Part shown: positions 56,396-64,000 of the stretch, piece by piece
Layout of the letters: each line of letters opens with the position of its first letter
How positions within the stretch are numbered: position 1 is the first letter of the stretch
Source: an uncultured virus (IMG/VR IMGVR_UViG_3300040815_003350)
Lineage: Duplodnaviria; Heunggongvirae; Uroviricota; Caudoviricetes
DNA: 64,000 nt
Reading direction: 5' to 3' (one strand)
Virus record (IMG/VR): IMGVR_UViG_3300040815_003350
Made by a program: the position numbers and the translations under genes
Notes under the pieces: model-generated
The model's database searches: none
The model's input: the letters and a program-made list of their open reading frames with translations, nothing else
Told to the model about the DNA's origin: nothing

Positions 56396-57298
56396 ATGGC
56401 TCAATTACTTATAAACACAGGTTCTGATTTTGATACAGGTACTGGAGACCCCATTAGAACGGCTTTTAAAACAACTATAGCAAATTTTGAAAGCTGGGAT
56501 AATAATTTTCCCCTTTCTTATCTTTTCCCATATACGGGTTCTGCTAGAATGAATGGTAATCTTATCATCACAGGATCAATTTTGTATTCTTTTGATTCTA
56601 CAAGTCCTTATTCTACCCCATCAGATATTGATATCTTTACTACAAATATGTCATCTAACACTGATATTACAGGCAGTGATGGTGGTATCACTGTTACTGC
56701 TCAAGATGCTTACTTTAATTCTTATATACTCCCTAAGTTTGCTGCTTTTTCTCTCCCCATTACTACTGATAGAGAAGGCCATGCTTTATTTAGTAGAGGC
56801 AACGGACTTGATTTCCCCATAATTCAATTTCTATCTTCTTCCAACTTTAATGATAACCCAAGAAGCCGAATTCGCATAAATAATTTAGCAAAATATCAAG
56901 TCGGCGGTAACACTCTCAAAACCATACAAGTTGGAAGAGCCCTAAGCCAAGAATTTTCAGTTGATTTTCCTTTAGATTATGGAGATGGAACAGAAGATTA
57001 TTATACTTGGAGAATTTCTGCCCCCTCTCAACAATATCTAATGGATGCTATATACATACCTGCTGGATCTTCATTTGAAGCTAATTATAGTAGATATATA
57101 GCTATCAAACAACCTGTTAATTTTACTAAATATGAAAATATTCAAATAAATGGTGATATTTTTATTGATAACGCAAAAATTACTTTTCCCCAACTTCCTG
57201 ATGAAGATCCCCACCATTTAGGCCAAATATTTAAAACTGGAAGTGAAAACTTAGGCCTCCCCGCAGGGGACCAAATTATATGTGTATCTCAAGGATAA
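56396..57298 (+). CDS. Short fibre/baseplate protein (paralog 5 of 5)
   Basis: INTGSDFDTGTGDPIRTAF at the N-terminus and DPHHLGQIF...ICVSQG at the C-terminus. Confidence 0.75.
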   Translation: MAQLLINTGSDFDTGTGDPIRTAFKTTIANFESWDNNFPLSYLFPYTGSARMNGNLIITGSILYSFDSTSPYSTPSDIDIFTTNMSSNTDITGSDGGITVTAQDAYFNSYILPKFAAFSLPITTDREGHALFSRGNGLDFPIIQFLSSSNFNDNPRSRIRINNLAKYQVGGNTLKTIQVGRALSQEFSVDFPLDYGDGTEDYYTWRISAPSQQYLMDAIYIPAGSSFEANYSRYIAIKQPVNFTKYENIQINGDIFIDNAKITFPQLPDEDPHHLGQIFKTGSENLGLPAGDQIICVSQG

Positions 57299-57301
57299 TT
57301 A

Positions 57302-57310
57302 ATATTTATA
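57302..57310 (+). promoter_or_regulatory. Motif ATATTTATA
   Basis: 4 nt before ATG 57315. Confidence 0.7.
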
Positions 57311-57314
57311 TCAA

Positions 57315-58781
57315 ATGCCTACAAATCAATACCATGTTAAAGTCCCATTAGACTCCCAAGACCTCCCCACAGAGGATGGTTTGGTGCTGTTTAATTCCAC
57401 AGATAAAGATTTTGAAGTCAAAAATGTATCAGATCTTAGATCTACTAACATTTGTATTGAGTACAAAATCATGAAGATCCCAAATCCCACATCACTAGTT
57501 CCTTCATGGACTTATGAAAATAGCGACTTAGGAACAAACGTTCCTGATTCTAACGAATTTGCGGGTCGAGCTGGGACTACCGCTACTACTGTTAACTACC
57601 CTCCAGAGGCATATAATGGTGGTACTAATGATCTTATTTATTTTGGGTACAGGTCAGGCAATTCTAATTTTACTACTTATTTAAGAGATGTAGCTGATGA
57701 TGATAATAACAAAATTATTGTTTTTGCTTCAAATAGTAATTTTCCTGAACAATTTTTTGCCTTTGAAGCAAACGTATCTCAAGTTGGAAGTGGCACTTCC
57801 ACCCCATCAGTTGCTCGAACCCAATTAACTAATGTTAATTTTATGGACTATCAATATAGTCCTAGTAGAAATACTAATATTAGTTTATCAACTACTAATA
57901 CTTCTAATAATTTCTGGCTTGGTAATAGTACCTGGAATTTTATATTTTTAGATCCTAATGCTAGTTATGATGGGAATGGAAAATTTACTTCTGGAACAGC
58001 CCCTTCGAGTGTTCATAACCCCACAAAAAATTTAATACTTACTGCTACTGACCTGAATGGAAATGATGTAAAAAATTATTTAGTAGCTGAAGGAGGAGGT
58101 AGGATTAAATTTACAGATAAATCAAATAATGAAAATTATATTATTAGAAATTTTCAAAGATCTTTTATTTTAAGGGGGAAAAACCATTTTAGCAATAAAT
58201 ACTATGTGGTGTTTACTAATCTAGAAACCATAGCAGAAAGCGGGACTTATGAAGATGAAGATGCCACATATTGTGTTGAAGTTATGCCTACTGATATGGG
58301 ACATGGCACTAACACTACAGGGGGTACCCCTAATGTTATTTATTCACCCTTGGTAACCCACCGCCAAAGATTTCAAGATTATAATGAACTTTTAAGAATT
58401 GGAAGAAGATATGAAGGAGGATACAGAAGTGGAAATCCTTATGGGTTTGATAATTCTGTAGCAGGTGCTGAAATATCCGTAAATTGTTGGGTAAATACAG
58501 GCAACACCCCAAACAATACATATAGAAGTTCGGGCACATTTTCCCAAACTTTTGGAGACGACGGGGTAGCTTCTTCCCCTTTACTTTGGACCTCTGCTAA
58601 TATCATGACAAGAGGAAGTAATGGAATTGGTGCCCTCCCAGTATTTCGACCTGAATATCTAAGAAAAATAGATGATGTTGGAGCTTACCTTGTGCTTAAA
58701 TTTAGCAAGAATGATAACTGGCCCGAAGCTGATTCTTCAGCTTGGGTAACTACAAGAATATTCTACACTAATAGAAACTAA
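57315..58781 (+). CDS. Putative fibre/receptor-binding protein
   Basis: The N-terminus YHVKVPLD...PT.D..V......K.F resembles the N-terminus of 51707. Asn/Thr/Ser-rich beta character. Confidence 0.65.
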   Translation: MPTNQYHVKVPLDSQDLPTEDGLVLFNSTDKDFEVKNVSDLRSTNICIEYKIMKIPNPTSLVPSWTYENSDLGTNVPDSNEFAGRAGTTATTVNYPPEAYNGGTNDLIYFGYRSGNSNFTTYLRDVADDDNNKIIVFASNSNFPEQFFAFEANVSQVGSGTSTPSVARTQLTNVNFMDYQYSPSRNTNISLSTTNTSNNFWLGNSTWNFIFLDPNASYDGNGKFTSGTAPSSVHNPTKNLILTATDLNGNDVKNYLVAEGGGRIKFTDKSNNENYIIRNFQRSFILRGKNHFSNKYYVVFTNLETIAESGTYEDEDATYCVEVMPTDMGHGTNTTGGTPNVIYSPLVTHRQRFQDYNELLRIGRRYEGGYRSGNPYGFDNSVAGAEISVNCWVNTGNTPNNTYRSSGTFSQTFGDDGVASSPLLWTSANIMTRGSNGIGALPVFRPEYLRKIDDVGAYLVLKFSKNDNWPEADSSAWVTTRIFYTNRN

Positions 58782-58786
58782 TAAAG

Positions 58787-61231
58787 ATGTTATTATATAA
58801 TGCTTCTTCATCTTTTGCTTTAAGCTTATCATCATCTAATAATTTAGTTGACAATAGAATACAATTCATTTTTAGAAATTCTGAAAACACTTCATCAAAT
58901 TCCCCACTTGTTCTTCATGTAAGCGGTACAGATGATCCTCGTGTAGGTATTGGTTTTCCTTCTAATGAAAAACCCCTCCAAACCTTAGATATAAAATCTG
59001 TAAAAGATTCCTCACAAGGTGCCGAACTTTTAATAAGAAGCTCTAGACAAACTGTAGGCGCCCTCCCTGGAGACTCAGCAGGTAAAATTAACTTTACAAT
59101 TGACAGTGGAAGTTTCGCAAAAGTAGACTCTTCAGGATCAGTAGCTGTTATTGATGCTATTGTTAGTACTGCTACTAAGGAGGGGGTTTTTGGAGCTTTA
59201 TCTTTTAAAGTAGCAGAAGGTGTTTCTGAAGAAGCAACCGAAATAATAAATATATCTTCTACAGATACAACCATATCTGGATCTGTAATAACGTTAGGAT
59301 CTATAACAGCTTCTGTTATAAGTGCTAGTGAAAATATAGAAGCTCCTAATTTTATTGTACCTAGTGGAGGAGCGCTTAAACTTAGTAACAACATATCAAG
59401 TATTGGGGTAAATACTTCCAACATAATTTTTAGTAATAGTGGAAATGAAATTTTTAGGTTAGGAAATAGTGAAGGAGCAGTATTTAATAATAATGGAGCT
59501 TCTGGATTAGATTTTAGAATAGAGGGTGATACTGATACCCATTTATTTTTTGTTTCGGGTAATATAGATAAAATAGGTATAGGTACTAGTACCCCAAGCG
59601 AAAAATTAACTGTAGAAGGTAATATAAGCTCTAGTGGAGCTTTAACTACGTCAGGAGTTAAAATTACAAATCTTTCTACTACAACAGAAACAGAATACAT
59701 AGTAGTAGACTCAGATGGTAACTTAAGTAAAAGATCAGCAGGTGCTTCGGGTACCTCAGGTACCTCAGGCGAATCAGGTACCTCAGGTACTTCAGGCTTA
59801 TCAGGTACTTCAGGTACCTCAGGCGAATCAGGTACTTCAGGCGAATCCGGTACTTCAGGTACTAGTGGCTCATCAGGTACCTCAGGCGAATCAGGCACCT
59901 CAGGCGAATCAGGTACTTCAGGTACCTCAGGTACTTCAGGCGAATCAGGTACTTCAGGTACCTCAGGTACTTCAGGCGAATCAGGTACCTCAGGTACTTC
60001 AGGCTTATCAGGTACTTCAGGTACCTCAGGCGAATCAGGCACCTCAGGCGAATCAGGTACTTCAGGTACCTCAGGTACTTCAGGCGAATCAGGCACCTCA
60101 GGCGAATCAGGTACTTCAGGTACCTCAGGTACTTCAGGCGAATCAGGTACTTCAGGTACCTCAGGTACTTCAGGCGAATCAGGCACCTCAGGTACTTCAG
60201 GCGAATCAGGTACTTCAGGCGAATCAGGTACTAGTGGCTCATCAGGTACCTCAGGTACTTCAGGTACTTCAGGCGAATCAGGTACCTCAGGTACTTCAGG
60301 CGAATCAGGTACTAGTGGCTCATCAGGTACCTCAGGTACCTCAGGCGAATCAGGTACTTCAGGTACCTCAGGTACTTCAGGCGAATCAGGTACTAGTGGC
60401 TCATCAGGTACCTCAGGTACTTCAGGTACTTCAGGCGAATCAGGTACCTCAGGTACTTCAGGCGAAGATGGTACCTCAGGTACTTCAGGCGAATCAGGTA
60501 CTAGTGGCTCATCAGGTACCTCAGGTACTTCAGGCGAATCAGGTACTTCAGGTACCTCAGGCGAATCAGGTACTTCAGGTACTTCAGGTACCTCAGGAGA
60601 AGATGGCACTTCAGGTACCTCAGGTGAAAATGGTTCTTCAGGTACCTCAGGCGAATCAGGTACTTCAGGTACTAGTGGAGCATCACCTACTATAGGAGGA
60701 TCTAATACTCAAATTCAATACAACAATAACGGTTCTTTAGGAGGTGATTCTGATCTTACATGGAATAATAGTACTAATACTTTAAGTGTGAAATCTGGTT
60801 CTATAGATTATTTAGCAATAAACGATAGACTTCAAGGTAATGGTGCTGGTTTTCAATTTTTTGCTTTTAATGAAGATACAACAAAATTAAAATTTGTAAA
60901 TTGGTATACAGATAATGATAATCAATATGGTATGGGTATGTTGTGGTACGAAACTTGGTTTGGTGCTATTGATACTGATGGTGATGCTAATGATATAAAT
61001 AGACGTATTGGGTTTTATCTCGAAGAACCTAACTCTGGATCTACTGACTCCCCATCAGGAGTAACCGGTGTACACCCTTCAAATGCCCGTTTTTATGTTG
61101 ATGTTACTGGTTCTTATGTTGCTAGTGGCAGTTTAACAGTGACAGATGCCAATTTTAAAGTATCTTCTAGTGGTGATGTAACTATAGCAGGAGAATTATC
61201 AGCGAATATAATTAACGGAGGCACATTCTAA
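58787..61231 (+). CDS. Tail fibre-like protein with about 105 Gly-X-Y triplets (GTS-GES)
   Basis: [18 protein letters not shown] fibre motif, the repeat, then [16 protein letters not shown]. Confidence 0.8.
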   Translation: MLLYNASSSFALSLSSSNNLVDNRIQFIFRNSENTSSNSPLVLHVSGTDDPRVGIGFPSNEKPLQTLDIKSVKDSSQGAELLIRSSRQTVGALPGDSAGKINFTIDSGSFAKVDSSGSVAVIDAIVSTATKEGVFGALSFKVAEGVSEEATEIINISSTDTTISGSVITLGSITASVISASENIEAPNFIVPSGGALKLSNNISSIGVNTSNIIFSNSGNEIFRLGNSEGAVFNNNGASGLDFRIEGDTDTHLFFVSGNIDKIGIGTSTPSEKLTVEGNISSSGALTTSGVKITNLSTTTETEYIVVDSDGNLSKRSAGASGTSGTSGESGTSGTSGLSGTSGTSGESGTSGESGTSGTSGSSGTSGESGTSGESGTSGTSGTSGESGTSGTSGTSGESGTSGTSGLSGTSGTSGESGTSGESGTSGTSGTSGESGTSGESGTSGTSGTSGESGTSGTSGTSGESGTSGTSGESGTSGESGTSGSSGTSGTSGTSGESGTSGTSGESGTSGSSGTSGTSGESGTSGTSGTSGESGTSGSSGTSGTSGTSGESGTSGTSGEDGTSGTSGESGTSGSSGTSGTSGESGTSGTSGESGTSGTSGTSGEDGTSGTSGENGSSGTSGESGTSGTSGASPTIGGSNTQIQYNNNGSLGGDSDLTWNNSTNTLSVKSGSIDYLAINDRLQGNGAGFQFFAFNEDTTKLKFVNWYTDNDNQYGMGMLWYETWFGAIDTDGDANDINRRIGFYLEEPNSGSTDSPSGVTGVHPSNARFYVDVTGSYVASGSLTVTDANFKVSSSGDVTIAGELSANIINGGTF
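59741..60685 (+). repeat. Coding tandem repeat of 9-nt units (TCAGGTACY / TCAGGCGAA)
   Basis: Highly homogeneous codon use, encoding (GTS/GES/GSS)n. Confidence 0.95.
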
Positions 61232-61533
61232 TGGCTACACAAAGAATACCATTTAAGTGGAATACCGCTAATTTTCAATGGAATAGTAACCCATATACAT
61301 GGGATGACTGTGCTATAACGCAAGAAGTTGTAGATGCGATAAGGCGGGGTGGATCATATCAAGAAGTGTTTAAAGACACTAAAAAAAAGAAAAAGTTTAT
61401 AAAACTTATATGTAAAGTAGAAGGTGTAGAATATAAGGAAACTAAAGAGATAAAAAAAAGGCAAATACGTATAACGGACGTAGCACTTGTTGCCAAAGAA
61501 GTGCTTGGTGTTGATATTAAAGTAGAAATATAA
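61231..61533 (+). CDS. Hypothetical protein
   Basis: TAATG coupling on both sides. Trp-repeat N-terminus and a basic C-terminus. Confidence 0.7.
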   Translation: MATQRIPFKWNTANFQWNSNPYTWDDCAITQEVVDAIRRGGSYQEVFKDTKKKKKFIKLICKVEGVEYKETKEIKKRQIRITDVALVAKEVLGVDIKVEI

Positions 61534-62105
61534 TGTACAAACTATTTACAGATAAAACCGAACTCTTTGAGTGCGATATAAAATTAACAGGTGCTTCTTT
61601 AAAAAACAGCCAAGCCCGCTTATTAATTGAATCAGATGATCTAGCCTTAGTATTTAAAGGTAAAATCACATCAGATGGCAAATGCCAAATCCCAGTAAAA
61701 AAACTAAAAGGTTTATTACCCGAAAACACACAGGGTAACATTCAATTAGAGGTTATAGCAGAAGATACTTATTTTACTCCTTGGGAATCTAAATTTACAG
61801 TTGATACTTCAAGAAAAATCACTGTTGAAGTTAAATCTCAACAAACAGAAGATCTTATCACAGAATCAAAACCACAAGTTTCTGTAAAAAATGTTAAGGA
61901 AAACGTGTCTATTCACGAAAGAGAACATATCGTCAAGCTACTACGATTATTAGTAAAAGAGGATATTAACCTTAAAAACCTCTCGATTAAAAAAGATAAA
62001 CTTAACAATTTAGTAGGAACTTACCTTCAAGAAAATAAAGTAGATTCTAAACAAAGAAAAACTATTATTGACGGTTTGCTCTACGGGTTGTCTAAAATAG
62101 ACTAA
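61533..62105 (+). CDS. Hypothetical protein with beta-sandwich-like N-terminal domain
   Basis: Coupled ORF with LEVIAEDTYFTPW. Confidence 0.7.
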   Translation: MYKLFTDKTELFECDIKLTGASLKNSQARLLIESDDLALVFKGKITSDGKCQIPVKKLKGLLPENTQGNIQLEVIAEDTYFTPWESKFTVDTSRKITVEVKSQQTEDLITESKPQVSVKNVKENVSIHEREHIVKLLRLLVKEDINLKNLSIKKDKLNNLVGTYLQENKVDSKQRKTIIDGLLYGLSKID

Positions 62106-62106
62106 T

Positions 62107-62748
62107 ATGCCCTTTGATTTTACGGGTCAAAATATAGAAAATACGTACCAAAGGTTAGTTCAAACTGATGGTACTTCTTATTATGACGGGACAGGGTCTT
62201 TATTAGATTTAGGAGGTGGAGCTCAAAATTTACAATCTGTACTTAATCAAGGAGCTTCTACCTCAATTACTATTACTTCAAGTGCTGAAACTGCTATAAT
62301 CGCAAGTGGTACTGGTAGTTTTGCTCATTTAAGAGCTACTGTAATAGAAGGTAATTCTCCTTTAACCCTTAAAGATGTAGCTGAAATCAATTTTGATAAC
62401 GCTGATTTATTTGGAAACACTATTTTCCACTCAGATGTAAACATTTATAGTGGATCAGCTTTTTTAGGGGAAAACGATGCTGATATTTTTAGAGAAAACC
62501 CCACAAATATACAATTTGGGGGGGTTGGTTTAGAAACTTTAGTACGGGGTAAAGGTCTTACACTTGATATTGGAGACCAAACCCAACCTTCTTCAGATAA
62601 TATTTTTTTAGTTAAAATAGAAGATGACACTAAATTTACAATTAACAACCAAGGTGTAACAATATTAGGAGAACAAACTTCTACTCCTACCGCAGTTGAA
62701 GGAGGAATTTATTATTCTTCTAGCGCATTTTTCGTAGGAGTTGAATAA
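62107..62748 (+). CDS. Putative tail/fibre-associated protein
   Basis: QNLQSVLNQG and a C-terminal TPTAVEGGIYYS. Confidence 0.65.
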   Translation: MPFDFTGQNIENTYQRLVQTDGTSYYDGTGSLLDLGGGAQNLQSVLNQGASTSITITSSAETAIIASGTGSFAHLRATVIEGNSPLTLKDVAEINFDNADLFGNTIFHSDVNIYSGSAFLGENDADIFRENPTNIQFGGVGLETLVRGKGLTLDIGDQTQPSSDNIFLVKIEDDTKFTINNQGVTILGEQTSTPTAVEGGIYYSSSAFFVGVE

Positions 62749-62753
62749 CATAT

Positions 62754-62762
62754 ATATTTATA
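62754..62762 (+). promoter_or_regulatory. Motif ATATTTATA
   Basis: Upstream of 62787. Confidence 0.7.
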
Positions 62763-62786
62763 TTAAACATTGAAAAATAGATTAAA

Positions 62787-63716
62787 ATGGCAGAATGGAA
62801 AAAAGTAGTCGTTAGTGGTAGCGACATATCACAGTTAAACAACGATTCAAATTATATAGCAGATGGAGACTCAAGTGTTTCTATATCTGGCTCGTTCAGT
62901 GGTTCTTTCCAAGGAGATGGCTCAGGACTAACAGGCCTCCCAGCAGCAGCAATTTCAGCTTATAATAATGCTGCTGATAATAGAGTAATTACCTCTGTAG
63001 ATTCTTCTACAGTTCAAGGTGAAGCAAATTTAACGTTTAACGGTTCTACTTTAGGAGTAACAGGTAATATTACTGTTACAGGTACAGTAGATGGTGTAAA
63101 TGTATCACAATTAGAAACGGATTTTAATACACTAGAAGGTAAAACATTAATTTCAAGCTCGGCACAAATAACTTATGGTGATAGTGCTGACCAAGCAGTT
63201 GAAGGTAATACCAATATTACAATTAATGTTGCTTCTGGTGAGTTAACCAGAGATGTTGGTAATGCGGCTCAGGCCTTAGGTGGTGCCCCTTCATACACAC
63301 TTGGATTAGCTGACACAATCTCAGGTAATAGAACATTTTCAGGTCAAACCATTACATTTAATAATGATATTGTTGTTCAAGGTACAGCCTCATTCCAAAA
63401 TTCAACTAATTTAGAAGTAGCTGACCAATTTATTCTCTTAAATTCGGGTTCGACAACTGATAATTCACCTGGTGGTATTATTATCCAACAAAATACCCAA
63501 GATGAAGGTGTTGCTTTTGCTTATGATGCTGCTGCTGATAGCAATAACGGGAGATGGGGCACCACAGATGCTGTAAATGCTTCAGGTACAACATTTAGTG
63601 CTGATGCTTATGTTTCCTATGTAGTAGATATTGATGCTGGTCAATCTGATGTTGCCAAATATCAACAAAATGGTAACATTAAGGTTGATAGTGGAGATAT
63701 TTTCATTTATGCTTAA
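62787..63716 (+). CDS. Putative tail fibre protein
   Basis: SGSFSGSFQGDGSGLTG, NRVIT...GEANLTF and NLEVADQFILLNSGS fibre-type motifs. Confidence 0.7.
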   Translation: MAEWKKVVVSGSDISQLNNDSNYIADGDSSVSISGSFSGSFQGDGSGLTGLPAAAISAYNNAADNRVITSVDSSTVQGEANLTFNGSTLGVTGNITVTGTVDGVNVSQLETDFNTLEGKTLISSSAQITYGDSADQAVEGNTNITINVASGELTRDVGNAAQALGGAPSYTLGLADTISGNRTFSGQTITFNNDIVVQGTASFQNSTNLEVADQFILLNSGSTTDNSPGGIIIQQNTQDEGVAFAYDAAADSNNGRWGTTDAVNASGTTFSADAYVSYVVDIDAGQSDVAKYQQNGNIKVDSGDIFIYA

Positions 63717-63738
63717 TAAAAAATAAAAAATAAAGGTT

Positions 63739-63915
63739 ATGGGATTGTTAGATAAAGTAAAACAGCAACAAAAAGTTTCAAATAATTTGGATTCTTCTGA
63801 AATTGAATTTATATTATCGCTAATAAAAAATTCTACTTTTAAAGGGGAAAATTTAGATATCCTCTATAAAATAGCAATTAAGTTACAAAATCAATACACA
63901 GAAATATCCAAATGA
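63739..63915 (+). CDS. Small hypothetical protein, 58 aa (not in ORF track)
   Basis: MGLLDKVKQQQKVSNNLDSSEIEFILSLIKNSTFKGENLDILYKIAIKLQNQYTEISK*, with an ATGA overlap with the next gene. Confidence 0.65.
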   Translation: MGLLDKVKQQQKVSNNLDSSEIEFILSLIKNSTFKGENLDILYKIAIKLQNQYTEISK

Positions 63916-64000
63916 CGTACGACGTAAATGAATTAAGTGTCTTAAGAGAATCATTAAACCACATAACAATAAAAGGAAGTGATGCTCAACAAGTAGCAGC
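63912..64000 (+). CDS. Small hypothetical protein (partial, runs off the window)
   Basis: MTYDVNELSVLRESLNHITIKGSDAQQVA...; the TIKG segment resembles TFKG in the upstream ORF. Confidence 0.55.
   Translation, partial: MTYDVNELSVLRESLNHITIKGSDAQQVA

Noticed and set aside
50367..57298. Diversity-generating retroelement or invertase shufflon acting on the fibre paralogs
   Set aside because: No reverse transcriptase or recombinase, no template/variable repeat pair differing at adenines, and no inverted cassettes. All copies are intact genes on the same strand.
1..64000. tRNA or rRNA genes
   Set aside because: Intergenic gaps are short and I found no cloverleaf or T-loop signature by eye; a tRNAscan-SE run would settle it.

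Overview
This window is a slice of a large, AT-rich, T4-like (contractile-tailed) dsDNA phage genome. All credible genes are on the + strand and are densely packed. The host is probably a Bacteroidota (Flavobacteria-like) bacterium, based on missing Shine-Dalgarno sites, a TTTG-N20-TATATTTA promoter, an Hc1-like protein and a Gln after a signal peptide. Gene order: primase tail and exonuclease; a block of probable virion-internal cargo proteins built from small domains separated by hydrophobic-x-Glu sites (about 0.9-8.9 kb); FAD oxidoreductase, NadR-type kinase and two membrane proteins; terminase, portal, core proteins, prohead protease, scaffold and major capsid protein; an amidinotransferase / phosphatidylserine-decarboxylase-like / PhoH operon; neck proteins, two tail sheaths, tail tube and a chaperone pair joined by a probable frameshift; a 2669-aa modular tape measure protein; baseplate genes; and a duplicated appendage region with three proline-free (Gly-X-Ser)n proteins and five paralogous gp9/gp10-like proteins. 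About 19 ATATTTAT motifs mark gene starts and several imply leaderless mRNAs. The best candidates for undescribed biology are the protease-punctuated cargo polyproteins, the amidinotransferase plus pyruvoyl-decarboxylase operon, the cassette-built tape measure with a pre-toxin-like module, the +1/-2 tail chaperone frameshift and the Gly-Thr-Ser/Gly-Ser-Ser fibre system. All family assignments come from reading motifs by eye; no searches were run.
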